DNA of 63,042 nucleotides, filler included, from Chiloscyllium plagiosum (GCF_004010195.1; 5 parts of one record of this genome joined end to end with filler, not necessarily neighbours in it), one strand, 5' to 3'. Positions 1 to 12,141 are shown, counted from the first letter of the whole stretch. Notes: generated from the letters alone by a model not told the origin. Translations and numbers: made by a program.

Positions 1-703
1 GACAGTGCGGCACTCCCTCAGTACTGACGCTCCGACAGTGCGGCACACTCTCAGTACTGACCCTCCGACAGTGCGGCACACTCTCAGTACTGACCCTCCG
101 ACAGTGCGGCACACTCTCAGTACTGACCCTCCGACAGTGCGGCACACTCTCAGTACTGACCCTCCGACAGTGCGGCACACTCTCAGTACTGACCCTCCGA
201 CAGTGCGGCACACTCTCAGTACTGACCCTCCGACAGTGCGGCACACTCTCAGTACTGACCCTCCGACAGTGCGGCACACTCTCAGTACTGACCCTCCGAC
301 AGTGCGGCACACTCTCAGTACTGACCCTCCGACAGTGCGGCACACTCTCAGTACTGACCCTCCGACAGTGCGGCACACTCTCAGTACTGACCCTCCGACA
401 GTGCGGCACACTCTCAGTACTGACCCTCCGACAGTGCGGCACACTCTCAGTACTGACCCTCCGACAGTGCGGCACACTCTCAGTACTGACCCTCCGACAG
501 TGCGGCACACTCTCAGTACTGACCCTCCGACAGTGCGGCACACTCTCAGTACTGACCCTCCGACAGTGCGGCACACTCTCAGTACTGACCCTCCGACAGT
601 GCGGCACACTCTCAGTACTGACCCTCCGACAGTGCGGCACACTCTCAGTACTGACGCTCCGACAGTGCGGCACTCCCTCAGTACTGACGCTCCGACAGTG
701 CGG
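1..703. repeat. 33-bp minisatellite (GACAGTGCGGCACACTCTCAGTACTGACCCTCC), about 21 copies
   Basis: Near-perfect head-to-tail units with no spacers; explains the 238-aa VRHTLSTDPPT ORF. Confidence 0.97.
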
Positions 704-1395
704 TGTTCCCTCCAACCCTGATTATTTCTGCTCTGTTCAATGTTTCTGTTTTATTTATGTCCCAGAATCTGGATTTTAAACAAACTGGAAACAGCAATGA
801 TCAGTATGTGGCTGGAAGTGGATTGTTTGTGGTGTGTCAGTGGGAAGCTGAAGGCAGTAATCGCTGACACTTGGAACATTGAATATTCCTGTCTCCTTGG
901 GCCTTGGTCTCATTGCAATGTGGACAGTGCGGTTTGGGAATCTTGTTGTTGCCTGAGGGCTGGGGGATTGGGGCAAAGTGTTCAGTGATGTGTGTCCCCC
1001 TCCCAGACTGCCCCTAAGGGATGGTATCAGTGAATATGTGAGTCTGTGTTAGTGAGTGTGAGAATGTTGTGGGCACGGAGCCTGTGCGTGAAAGTCTCCC
1101 AGAGGGAAGCTCCACTGCCAACCCACACAGCCCACATTCAGGCAGCTAAATGAATGCAGAATGGGGTTACTGCACCGCACTGGGAAGGAGAGGTAACGTG
1201 TGGGACTGCAGGTCAAACTGAACTTGATCCAATCCAACTGTTCAGACTGTACAAAATCCGACCGGATGTTCCCAGGAGTAAACATTGACCCATGGCATGT
1301 GGTAAACTCAGACCTGAGGGGGAATACACAGTGACCCTGTGGGTAAAAATAGACCCAGGGAAGTAAGGGACCATACGGAGGGAGGGTTTTGACCA

Positions 1396-2470
1396 AGAGT
1401 CACAGAGTCCTACACCCCTACAGCATGGAGACAGGCCCTTTAGCCCATGCTGACCAAACTATCTATCCACTCTAACCCCATTTCCCTGCACTTGGCCCAT
1501 ATCCTTCTAATCCTTTCAAATCCATGTATTTGTCCAAATCCCTTTTAAATGTTGTTAATGTACCAGCCTCAACCACTTCCCCTGGCAGCTTATTCCATAT
1601 GCGCACCACCCTCTGTGTAAAAGCATTACCCCTCAGGTTCCCTTTTATTCTTTCCCCTCTAACCTTAACCTGATGCCCTCTAATCCTTGATTCCCCAACT
1701 CTGGGGAAAAGACTGAGTGCATTCACCCTATCCATGCCTCTCATGATCTTATACACCTCTATAAGTTTCCCCCCTCAGTCTCCTACTCTCTACAGAAAAT
1801 GGTCCTAGCTTTCCAACCTCTCCCTATAACTCAGACCCTTGAGTCCTGGTAACATCCTTGTAAATTTCTTCTGCACTCTTTCCAGTTTAATAACATCCTT
1901 CCTGTAGCAAGGTGACCAAAACTGAACACAATACTCCAAGTGCAGCCTCACCAATGTCCTGTACAACTGCAACATAACATCCCAACTTCTATACTCACTG
2001 CCCTGACTGATGAAGGCCAGTGTGTCAAAAGCCTTCTTCACTGCCTGGTCTACCTGGGACTCCACTTTCAGAGAACCGTGCACCTGAACTCCAAGGTCCA
2101 TCTGTTCCACTACACTCCTTAAGGCCCTACCATTCACCATGAAACTCCTGCCTTGATTTGATTTTCCAAAATACAACACCTCACACTTATCTTTATTAAA
2201 CTCCATTTGCCATTTCTCGGCCCACTTCCCCAGCTGATCAAGGTCCTGCTGCAATTTCTGAAAACCTTCCTCACTGCCCACGATACCACCTATTTTAATG
2301 TCATCTGCAAACTTACTAATCATGTCTTGGACATTTTCAAAGCAAACAGCAATGGGCCTAGCCCCGACCCCTGAGGGACTCCACTAGTCACAGGCCTCCA
2401 GTCCAACAAGCATCCTTTCACCTTTGCCCTCTGCTTCCTACCATCAAGCCAATTGTGTATCCAATTTTCC
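1396..2470 (-). mobile_element. CR1 LINE, 5'-truncated (RT C-terminus + 3' UTR)
   Basis: ISKFADD...WQMEFNKDKC...LEYCVQFWSP and FTQRVVRIWNKLP motifs in minus-strand ORFs. Confidence 0.92.
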
Positions 2471-3304
2471 AGCTCAACATCTTCAGTGAGTAGGGCGAGA
2501 GGGGTAATGGCTGGGTTTTCCAGTCAATGTGGGGAGAAAGAGTTTTGGCTAATCTCTTGGTTAAGGACCCACCCCCCCACCCCACCCCGCCAGAGTGCAG
2601 CCCACGGCTAAATTGCCCCATTATTTCCAGGGTGTAGAGACTGGGTGTGAAATGTAGGATTACAGGTTTAGGATAGGGGGTTTGGACTGGGCATTATGTT
2701 CATTAGAGGGACAGTGTGGACTTGATGGGCCAAATGGCTTCTATCTGCACTGTAGGGATTCTATGATTCCAACTCAAACTTCTAAACATGTGCAAACATT
2801 GAAGAAGCCTATCCCACTGTTCCCCATTTCCCCACACCAACTGAGCTTTCATCAAACTGACCATCTTATATTTCTTCCTCATTCACTCATGGATGTGGGC
2901 GTCACTGACTGGGCCCTGCATTTATTGCCTGTCCCTAGTTACCCCTTGAGAAGGTGGGGCTGAGCTGCCTTCCTGAACCGCTGCAGTGCATGTGCTGGAG
3001 TTAAAGCTGCAACACACACAGGTGAGAGCTGAGAGGTGTGAGAACACATCAGCTCTGTCCAAAGAAAATATCAAAATAGGCAGGGTCCTGGGAGAAGGAG
3101 AAGGATGGACTGCTCATTGAGATGCTCTCGAGGAGATCCAGCAGGGCCTTGATGGGCTGATTGGCCTCCTGCTGTGCTGTAATCACACTCTCCTCCGATG
3201 CTACCATGAGATAGTTAAGATGTGGGGGTGCTGGTGATGGACTGGGTTGGACAAGGTCAAAGTCACATGACACCAAGTTATAGTCCAATGGGTTTATTTG
3301 AGAT

Positions 3305-3339
3305 CACAAGCTTTCGGAGCGCTGCTCCCTCATCAGGTG
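3305..3339 (-). ncRNA. Minimal type I hammerhead ribozyme motif (PLE-associated)
   Basis: Minus strand: cac-CTGATGA-gggagcagcgctcc-GAAA-gctt-gtg; stem I cac/gtg, stem II GGAGC/GCTCC, palindromic AAGCTT. Confidence 0.7.
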
Positions 3340-3759
3340 TTAATGAGAGAGTAAAACCGTGGACACAGAATCCATAAGGAAAAGGTCAAAGGGTCATACA
3401 AACTCATGCAAATGAATTGAACACACCTAAGATGGCTCTGAAATCTTTAATCAGTTAGAATGATTTTGATTGATTAACATGCAAATCCCAGTATTTCTTT
3501 CAAATCACTGGTCTGAGATAATTTAAGGTGTTATCAATATCGAGGAGGTGACACCTCCAGTCAGACAATGTTATTTAGGTGTGAGGTGGTGTTTGGAGTC
3601 TGTCTGTGTCTTAATTTGGAGTCAGACTGGTTCTATTTCCAAAGTAGGCATTTATAAAATGCCACATGGACTGACTATCTACAGTTTGTGTGCTTTTTCA
3701 GCAAAATAGAATGCAGCTGCAGGTACAAATCTGCCAGTGCAAATTCATCCCATAGACTT

Positions 3760-4115
3760 AGAGAGAGCGAGAGAGAGAGATTGTCAGACAGTGTGTGAGG
3801 CAGAGAGAGTGTATGTGTGTTTGTGAATGTGTGAGAGAGAGAGAGTGTCTGTGTGTGAGAGGGTAGGTGTGAGTGTGAGGAAGTCTCTGCATCCAAGACA
3901 GTCCGTGTGAGTGTGTGAGGGTGTGCGTGTGAGGGTGTGTGTATGACAGCGGGTGTATGTGTGTTGTGTGTGTGAGAGAGAGAGAACGTGTGTATGAGAG
4001 CGGGTCTATGTGTGTGTGAGAGTGCATGTATGAGAGATGGTGTATGTGTGCGTGTGAGTGTGTGTGTATGAGAGAAGGTCTGTGTGTGTGTGTGTGCACA
4101 CATGTCTGTGTGTAG
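3760..4115. repeat. (GT/GA)n compound microsatellite
   Basis: Direct reading. Confidence 0.9.
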
Positions 4116-4976
4116 TGTGGTGGGGTCACATGTAGTGTGACATGAACCCAAGGTCATGGTTGAGGCCATCTCCATTGGGATGGAACTTGGCTATCAGTTT
4201 CTGCTCAGCAATTCAGCAATTGTTGGGATCTCAAAGGCTGCCTTGGAGGACACTTGCCGGAATGTCCCTGACCACTGAAGTGTTCCCGACTGTGAGGGAA
4301 CATTCCTGTCTGGTGATTGTTATGCGGTGTCCATTCATCCATTGCCTTGGTGTCTGCTTAGTCTTGCCATTGTACCATGCCTCGGGACATCCTTGCTGCA
4401 AAGTGTGCGATACACAATGTTGGCTGAGTCACGTGAGCATCTGCTGTGCATGTGGTGGGTGGTGTCTCCACGTGTAATGGTGTTAACACTCTGCTGCATC
4501 TTGCAGTGGTTGTCATGACAGGGTTATATGGTGTTGTGTTCGATGTTGTCCTGAAGGCTGGGCAGTTTGCTGCAAACAATGGTCTGTTTAAGGTTTGCTG
4601 GTTGTTTGAAAGCGACAATTGGCAGCAGAGGGTAAGGTCTTGGTGCGGAGCTCATTCTCATCGATAATGCGTGGCTTCGAAACCTGCATCTCCATTCGAA
4701 CTGATTAAAGATTTAAGAGCCATTGTAGGTGTTTTCAATTCGTCCACATGAGTTGTATGACCCTTTGATCTCTTTCTCTCTCTCCAACACCTGATGAAGC
4801 GGCAGCGCTCTGAAAGCAGGTGTTTCCAAATAAATCCGTTCGACTGTAACCGGGTGCCGTGTGATTTTGACCTTGGCAGAGTGAAGACGGTGTGGCTTGA
4901 AGTGAAGGGCAGGGCTGATGGGAGTGTGAAAGGAACAGTGACACCACCCACAGAGACAGGAAGAGGGTGAGATGTG

Positions 4977-5060
4977 CTACATATCCTCATCGGGTTTGTT
5001 CTGGCTGAGTTCCTGAGCACAACAATCGGATGTCACCGGGTCTGTGTCTCTGTCAAAATA
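4977..5060 (-). CDS. Candidate last coding exon of hypothetical spliced gene (YFDRDTDPVTSDCCAQELSQNKPDEDM*)
   Basis: Acceptor ccttgtttccagtag|, open phase-0 frame ending in TAG; using the upstream CAG would give an immediate stop. Confidence 0.2.
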   Translation of the reverse strand, partial: YFDRDTDPVTSDCCAQELSQNKPDEDM

Positions 5061-5063
5061 CTA

Positions 5064-7865
5064 CTGGAAACAAGGAGGCACACACAGACCCTCCAGCAGA
5101 AACAAGGAGACACACACAGATCCACCAGCAAAAAGAAGGATAAACACACAGTCCCACCAGCAGAAACAAGGAGACAAACGCAGTCCCTCCAGCAGAAACA
5201 AGGAGACACACACAGTCCCTCCAGCAGAAACAAGCAGACACACACAGTCCCTCCAGCAGAAAGAAAGAGACATACACAGTCCCTCCAGCAGAAACAAGGA
5301 GCCACTCACAGTGGGTGGCACGGTGGCACAGTGGTTAGCACTGCTGCCTCACAGCGCCAGAGACCCGGGCTCAACTCCCACCTCAGGTGACTGACTGTGT
5401 GGAGTTTGCACGTTCTCCCCGTGTCTGTGTGGGTTTCCTCCGGGTGCTCCGGTTTCCTCCCACAGTCCAAAGATGTGCAGGTCAGGTGAATTGGCCATGC
5501 TAAATTGCCCGTAGTGTTAGGTAAGTGGTAAATGTAGGGGTATGGGTGGGTTGCGCTTCGGCGGGTCGGTGCGGACTTGTTGGGCCGAAGGGCCTGTTTC
5601 CACACTGTAATGTAATCTAAGTCCCTCCAGCAGACACAAGGAGACACACACAGTCCCACCAGCAGAAACAAGGAGACACACGCAGTCCTTCCAGCAGAAA
5701 CAAGGAGACACACACAGTCCCACCAGCAGAAAGAAGGATAAACACATAGTCCCTCCTGCAGAAACAAGGAGACACACGCAGTCCCTCCAGCAGAAACAAG
5801 GAGACACGCACAGTCCCTCCAGCAGAAAGAAGGATAAACACACAGTTCCTCCAGCAGAAACAAGGAGCCACTCACAGTCCCTCCAGCAGAAACAAGGAGG
5901 CACACACACTCCCTCCAGCAGAAAGAAGGAGACACTCACAGTCCCTCCAGCAGAAAAAAGGATAAACACACAGTCCATCCAGCAGAAAATGGGAGACACA
6001 CACAGTCCCTCCAGCAGAAACAAGCAGACCCACACAGTCCCTCCAGCAGAAACAAGGATAAACACACAGTCCCTCCAGCAGAAACAAGCAGACCCACACA
6101 GTCCCTCCAGCAGAAAGAAGGAGACACTCACAGTCCCTCCAGCAGAAACAAGGATAAACACACAGTCCCTCCAGCAGAAAGAAGGAGACACACACAGCCC
6201 TCCAGCAGAAAGAAGGATAAACACACAGTCCCTCCAGCAGACACAAGGAGACACACACAGTCCCTCCAGCAGAAACCAGAAGACACACACAGTCCCTCCA
6301 GCAGAAACGAGGAGACACACATAGTCCCTCCGGCAGAAACAAGGATACACACACAGTCCCTCCAGCAGAAAGAAGGACAAACACACTGTCCCCCCAGCAG
6401 AAACAAGCAGACATACATAGTCCCTCCAGCAGAAACAAGGATATGCACACAGTCCCTGCAGCAGAAAGAAGGATAAACACACAGTCCCTCCAGCAGAAAC
6501 ATGGAGACACACACAGTCCCTCCAGCTGAAACAAGGATACGCACGCAGTCCCTCCAGCAGAAAGAAGGATAAACACACAGTCCCTCCAGCAGAAACAAGA
6601 AGACAGACACAGTCCCTCCAGCAGAAACAAGGAAAAACACACAATCCCACCAGCAGAAACAAGGATAAACACACAGTTGCTCCAGCAGAAACAAGGAGGC
6701 ACACACAGTCCCTCCAGCAGAAACAAGGGGACACACTTAGCCCCCTCCAGCAGAAACAAGGATAAACACACAGTCCCACCAGCAGAAACAAGGAGACACA
6801 CACAGTCCCTCCAGCAGAAACAAGGGGACACACTTAGCCCCCCCCAGCAGAAAGAAGGATAAACACACAGTCCCACCAGCAGAAACAAGGAGACACACAC
6901 AGTCCCTCCAGCAGAAACAAGGAGCCACTCACAGTTCCTCCAGCAGAAACAAGGAGGCACACACAGTGCCTCCAGCAGAAACAAGGATAAACACACAGTC
7001 CCTCCAGCAGAAACAAGGAGACACACACAGTCCCTCCAGCAGAAAGAAGGAGCCACTCACAGTCTCTCCAGCAGAAACAAGGAGACACACACAGTCCCTC
7101 CAGCAGAAACAATGAGACACGCTCAGTCCCTCCAGCAGAATCAAGCAGATACACACAGTCCCTCCAGCAGAAACAAGCAGACACACACTTTCCCTCCAGC
7201 AGAAACAAGGAGACACACACAGTCCCTCCAGCAGACACAAGCAGACACATACACAGCCCCCTCCAGTAGAAACAAGGAGACACAGACAGTTCCTCCAGCA
7301 GAAACAAGGATAAACACACAGTCCCTACAGCAGAAAAAAGGAGACACACACACTCCCTCCAGCAGAAACAAGCAGACACACACAGTCCCTCCAGCAGAAA
7401 CAGGGAGACATACACTCCAGCAGACACAAGGAAGGCACACACAGTCCCTCCAGCAGAAAAAAGGAGACTCATACAGTCCCTCCAGCAGACACAAAGGAGC
7501 CACTCACAGTCCCTCCAGCAGAAACAAGGAGCCACTCACAGTCCCTCCAGCAGAAACAAGCAGACACACACAGTCCCTCCAGCAGACACAAGGAGGCACA
7601 CACAGTCCCTCCAGCAGAAACAAGGAGATACACACAGTCCCTCCAGCAGAAAAAAGGAGACACACACAGTCCCTCCAGCAGACACAAGGAGGCACACACA
7701 GTACAGGGAGACACACACAGTCCCTCCAGCAGAAAAAAGGAGACTCATACAGTCCCTCCAGCAGACACAAGGAAGGCACACACAGTCCCTCCAGCAGAAA
7801 CAAGGAGACACACACAGTCCCTCCAGCAGAAAAAAGGAGACACACACAGTCCCTCCAGCAGAAAC
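5064..7865. repeat. About 32-bp degenerate minisatellite (CAGTCCCTCCAGCAGAAACAAGGAGACACACA), about 78 copies, interrupted by a SINE
   Basis: Direct reading; source of the CFCWRDCVCLLVSAGG pseudo-ORFs. Confidence 0.96.
5313..5620 (+). mobile_element. HE1-type tRNA-derived V-SINE, apparently full length
   Basis: GGGTGGCACGGTGGCACAGTGGTTAGCACTGCTGCCTCACAG head with A/B-like boxes, central TGTGTGGAGTTTGCACGTTCTCCCCGTG domain, CR1-like tail. Confidence 0.9.
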
Positions 7866-8444
7866 TGAAACAGAACTGAACACTTCCTCCATCAATCAGG
7901 TGCCAATGAATCTGACAAAGATAATCTCGATACACGCACAGTACGGAGATGATCAAAATTCACCAATGTAACAGGAGGAGGCCATTCAGCCCTTTGTGTC
8001 TGTCCCAGCTTTCACAGACCATGGGTGATCTGTGGTCTAACTCCATTGACCAGCCTTTGGCCTTTATCCTTTAATACTTTTGCTTCACAACAAAAATCTC
8101 TCTCAGCCCTCATGTGATGTGGAGGTGCCGGTGTTGGGGTGGACACAGTCAGATGTCACATGACACCGGGTTATTGTCCAACAGGTGTATTTGAAGCACT
8201 GTCCCTTCACCCAGCTGCCTGCCTCCCTCCACCTGACCTGATGAAGATTTGAAATAACCCTGTTAGACTATAACCTGGTAGGGTGTAACTTCTGGCATTC
8301 AAATTTAAAACAATCAACTGATCCAGCACCCACTGCTGTTTGTGGAAGAGAGTTCCAAACCTTTCCCACCCTTTTTGTGTCGAAGCGCTTCCGAACATCT
8401 CTCCTGAACACTCTGACCCTCATTCTCAGACCATGCCCCTAATT

Positions 8445-9620
8445 AGAGCATAGAACAATACAGCGCAGAACAGGCCCTTCAGCCCTCAATGTTGCGCCGA
8501 CCTGTGAGCTATTCTCAGCTCGTCCCCCTACACTATCCCAAAATCATCCATGTGCTTATCCAAGGATTGTTTAAATCTCCCTAATGTGGCTGAGTTAACT
8601 ACATTGGCAGGTAGGGCATTCCACACCCTGACCACTCTCTGAGTAAAGAACCTGATCACCCCTCAATTTGTGGTTCTGTCCCCTCGTACACGCTGATGTC
8701 ATCATCCTAGGATAAAGACTCTCACTGTCTACCCTATCTAATCCTCTGATCGTCTTGTATGTCTCTATCAAATCCCCCCTTAGCCATCTTCTTTCCAATG
8801 AAAACAGACCCAAGTCTCTCAGCCTTTCCTCATAAGACCTTCCCTCCANNNNNNNNNNNNNNNNNNNNNNNNNNNNNNNNNNNNNNNNNNNNTTAATTAA
8901 TTAANNNNNNNNNNNNNNNNNNNNNNNNNNNNNNNNNNNNNNNNNNNNCAAGCAGTGTGACCTCTCCTCTCCTGTTTCTAACCTCAGCCCACACTACCTC
9001 AGTAGACGAGTCCTCATCAAAAGTTCTCTCAGCCACCATTATACTATCCTTGACTAACAAGGCCACACCTCCCCCTCTTTTACCGCCTTGCCTGTTCTTA
9101 ATGAAAGATCTAAACCCTGGAACCTGTAACAGCCATTCCTCACCCTGCTCTATCCATGTCTCTGAAATGGCCACAACATTGCAGTCCCAGGTACCTATCC
9201 ATGCTGCAAGCTCACCTACCTTATTTCGGATACTTCTGGCGTTGAAGTAGACACACTTCAAACAAGTTTGCTGTCTGCCAGCACGTTCCTGTGACCCTGA
9301 AATCTTGTCCCTGTCCTTCCTACTCTCATCCTCCTGTGCACTGCAACTACACCTCCAGTTCCCACCCCCTGCTGAGCTGGTTTAAACCCACCCGAATAGC
9401 CCCAGCAAATTTCCCACCCAGGATATTTGTACCCCTCTGGTTCAAGTGAAGACCGTCCTGTTTGTACAGGTCCCACCTTCCCCAGAATGAGCCCCAACTA
9501 TCCGAGAACCTGAACCCCTCCCTCCTGCACCATCCCTGCAGCCACGTGTTCAGCTGATATCTCTCCCTATTCCTTGCCTCGCTATCACATGGAACGGGCA
9601 ACAATCCAGAGATAACAACA
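8445..9620 (-). mobile_element. CR1 LINE across a gap: 3' end (8445-8848) and ORF1 esterase/ORF2 endonuclease start (8949-9620)
   Basis: GLFSLERRWLRGDLIETYK; KCVYFNARSIRNKV...ISETW (APE); VVISGLLPVP...DGLHLN (SGNH esterase). Confidence 0.88.
8849..8948. other. Artificial 100-bp scaffold spacer N44-TTAATTAATTAA-N44 (linker also at 16698, 34401, 56627)
   Basis: Identical six-frame stop linker flanked by N runs at four sites. Confidence 0.95.
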
Positions 9621-9669
9621 GTTCTAGATTCCCCAATCATTGGAAACAGTTCCTTTTTATCTACATAAA

Positions 9670-9815
9670 AACGGAAAGAGCTGTGGATGCTGTAAATCAG
9701 AAATAAAAGTTCTGATTATCTGAGGAAGGGTTACTGGACCCGAAACGTTAATTCTGATTTCTCTCCATAGATACTGCCAGACCTGCTGAGCTTTTCTAGC
9801 AATGTCTGTATTTGT
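9670..9815 (+). mobile_element. Short Penelope-derived insert with hammerhead motif
   Basis: CTGAGGA-agggttactggaccc-GAAA-cgtt at 9720-9750 followed by the gacctgctgagcttttc PLE tail. Confidence 0.7.
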
Positions 9816-10555
9816 TATCTTAATCTAACCTGTTCTTTTCCTGTTAATATCTCGAAGATTTTGATCAGTGCACTCCCTAACATTCCAAATTCTGGAGAAA
9901 ACAGGCCTAGTTTATATAATCTTTCCTCATAACTTAACACCTGAAGTCCAGGTACCATTCTTATAAACCTATGTTTTACTCCCTCCAAGACCAACCTATC
10001 CTTCCTCAGGTGGACATGATTAAGAATCACACAACACCAGGTTATCGTCCAACAGATGTATTTGGAAGCACTAGCTTTCGGAGCGCTGCTCCTTCATTAG
10101 GTGTGCTGCCCTGATTTGCTCACAGTACTCCAAGTGTTTTGTGGAACTGCAGCATAACTTCTGCGTCCTGGTATTCCAGTCCTTTGGATATAATGACCAG
10201 CATTCCATTGGGTTTCCTGATTATTTTCTGCATTTATTCATGACATTTTAAACATCTATGCACCTGAACTCTTAACCACTTTCTGGGCAATTTGAGATAG
10301 TATATAGAACAGTACAGCACAGGAACAGGCCCTTCAGCCCACAATATTGTGCCAAACATGACACCAAATGAAACTAATCCCTTCTGCCTGCCCTTAGTCC
10401 ATATCTCTCCATTCCTGATGAAGGGCGTTTGCCTGAAACGTTGACTTTCCTGCTCCTCGGATACTGTCTGACCTGCTGTGCTTTTCCAGCACCACTCTCT
10501 CAACCCATATCTCTCCATTCCTTGCATATTCATGCGTTTATCTAAAAGCCCCTAA
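9815..10555 (-). mobile_element. Decayed CR1 fragments with nested short PLE inserts
   Basis: LSYEERLYKLGLFS motif; CR1 3' UTR at about 10300-10555. Confidence 0.75.
10415..10504 (+). mobile_element. About 90-bp PLE terminal fragment with hammerhead motif and 18-bp target duplication
   Basis: CCATATCTCTCCATTCCT at 10399-10416 and 10505-10522 flanks CTGATGA-agggcgtttgcct-GAAA-cgtt. Confidence 0.8.
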
Positions 10556-10642
10556 AATGGGTAATAAATGCTGGGTGGAGGCTCATGTGAAGCATGAATG
10601 CCAGCAGAGAGGGGCTAAATGGACAACTGCTTATCAAAGTTA

Positions 10643-10826
10643 TTGCTGTCTGCCAGCACGTTCCTGTGACCCTGAAATCTTGTCCCTGTCCTTCCTACTC
10701 TCATCCTCCTGTGCACTGCAACTACACCTCCAGTTCCCATCCCCCTGCTGAGCTGGTTTAAACCCACCCGAATAGCCCCAGCAAATTTCCCACCCAGGAT
10801 ATTAGTACCCCTCTGGTTCAAGTGAA
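10643..10826 (-). repeat. Near-identical copy of CR1 ORF1/ORF2 junction segment 9268-9450
   Basis: About 183-bp direct duplicate with very few differences. Confidence 0.9.
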
Positions 10827-10887
10827 ACCAAAATTGTCAGGAACAAGATTGATTATTTTTTTCTGGTTGGGATATTCCTTAACTCAC

Positions 10888-10930
10888 CTCCCATGTGCTG
10901 ATATCTGATTTGGCAGGGGAGTTTTCACAT
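10888..10930 (-). CDS. Candidate internal exon (phase 2 to 0; R-CENSPAKSDISTWE)
   Basis: ttgttttgcag| acceptor and GAG|gtgagt donor. Confidence 0.4.
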
Positions 10931-11120
10931 CTGCAAAACAATGCTACAGAGTTTCCAGCCCCTTATCAGCTTTTGCACTGTTCCAGTTGAGTTTGTGAAG
11001 GTGAAATGCAGCATAAATACTTGATTGCGAGATTAATCTGCTTCAGTTCTTGTTCCCTATCTCTCCCACAACCCCCCTCTCACACTGTATTGACTCATTA
11101 AGAATCTCCTTATCACATAC

Positions 11121-11188
11121 CTCTCAGGCTGCTTCGATCTAACGGGAGACTTTAATTTCTCACTGATACCAGATTTCTTTCCAGGAAA
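11121..11188 (-). CDS. Candidate internal exon (phase 0 to 2; FPGKKSGISEKLKSPVRSKQPE-R)
   Basis: ctccatttgtcag| acceptor, GAG|gtatgt donor; its only stop-free frame matches the next exon across a 190-nt intron. Confidence 0.4.
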
Positions 11189-11421
11189 CTGACAAATGGA
11201 GCCTCTTCGTCGCTGGCTGTGTTTTTAATTTGCTGACAGAATCTGGGTGTTGCTGGCTGAGTCAGCATTTTTTTGCCTGTCCTGATTTTCCCGGGACAAT
11301 TGATTGACATTATAGATGGGTTACAGCACCATACTGCAGGTGCTGGCATTCTGAAATAAACACAGAGAACACTGCGAAGGGGCTTAATGCTTCCAGACCG
11401 ATATGACTCTTCCTCGGAACT

Positions 11422-11927
11422 CTGTCCCTGTCCCTGGGAGTGTTTGATGGGGACAGTGTAGAGGGAGCTTTACTCTGTATCTAACCCCATACTGTCCCTG
11501 TCCTGGGAGTGTTTGATGGGGGACAGTGTAGAGGGAGCTTTACTCTGTATCTAACCCCGTTCTGTCCCTGTCCTGGAAGTGTTTGATGGGGACAGTGTAG
11601 AGGGAGCTTTACTCTGTATCTAACCTAATACTGTCCCTGTCCTGAGTGTGTTTGATGGGGACAGTGTAGAGGGAGGTTTACTCTGTATCTAACCCCGTGC
11701 TGTCCCTGTCCTGGGAGTGTTTGATGGGGACAGTGTAGAGGGAGCATTACTCTGTTTCTAACCCCGTGCTGTCCCTGTCCTGGGAGTGTTTGATGGGGGT
11801 CAGTGTAGAGGGAGCTTTACTCTGTATCTAACCCCGTGCTGTCCCTGTCCCTGGGAGTGTTTGATGGGGACAGTGTAGAGGGAGCTTTACTCTGTATCTA
11901 ACCCCATGCTGTCTCTGTCCTGGGAGG
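11422..11927. repeat. 69/70-bp minisatellite (TGTCCCTGTCCTGGGAGTGTTTGATGGGGACAGTGTAGAGGGAGCTTTACTCTGTATCTAACCCCGTGC), about 7 copies
   Basis: Direct reading; same family in reverse orientation at 48290-48470. Confidence 0.95.
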
Positions 11928-12110
11928 GCTTAACACTGAAAACTTTTCTCTACAAGTTATTCCCCGCTCATGTTGTTTCACGAAAACCCTTTCTGGACTA
12001 TCCTGCATATCCAGCAGCCAGTGAGATATTGAAGCCAGAGTGTTTGGAAAGGGTTACTGTGTTTGCTGATTATGGAGATGGTTTCTCACCATTGGCTTCT
12101 ATCCAACTAC

Positions 12111-12141
12111 CTTTCTTGGCAGCACAGCCTGGCTGAGGTAG
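12111..12141 (-). CDS. Candidate micro-exon (phase 2 to 0; YLSQAVLPRK)
   Basis: acaaactgcag| acceptor (weak) and AAG|gtagtt donor; the frame also stays open up to an ATG at 12236. Confidence 0.2.

Larger units (their letters stand above)
3220..4875 (-). mobile_element. Penelope-like element remnant with inverted partial terminal repeat and internal GT/GA microsatellite
   Basis: 3255-3410 and about 4735-4875 are inverted homologues, each with a CTGATGA..GAAA motif; degraded endonuclease-region coding at 4115-4680. Confidence 0.7.

Noticed and set aside
5..721. 238-aa mucin-like ORF
   Set aside because: Translation of a 33-bp tandem repeat; GTG start and no splice or homology support
5313..5390. 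tRNA gene
   Set aside because: tRNA-derived SINE head followed by the SINE body; no complete cloverleaf
5033..7956. Long Cys/Trp-rich hydrophobic ORFs
   Set aside because: Several frames are open only because the 32-bp repeat lacks stops
8893..8904. Recurrent TTAATTAATTAA palindrome
   Set aside because: Assembly linker inside 100-bp N spacers, not biological
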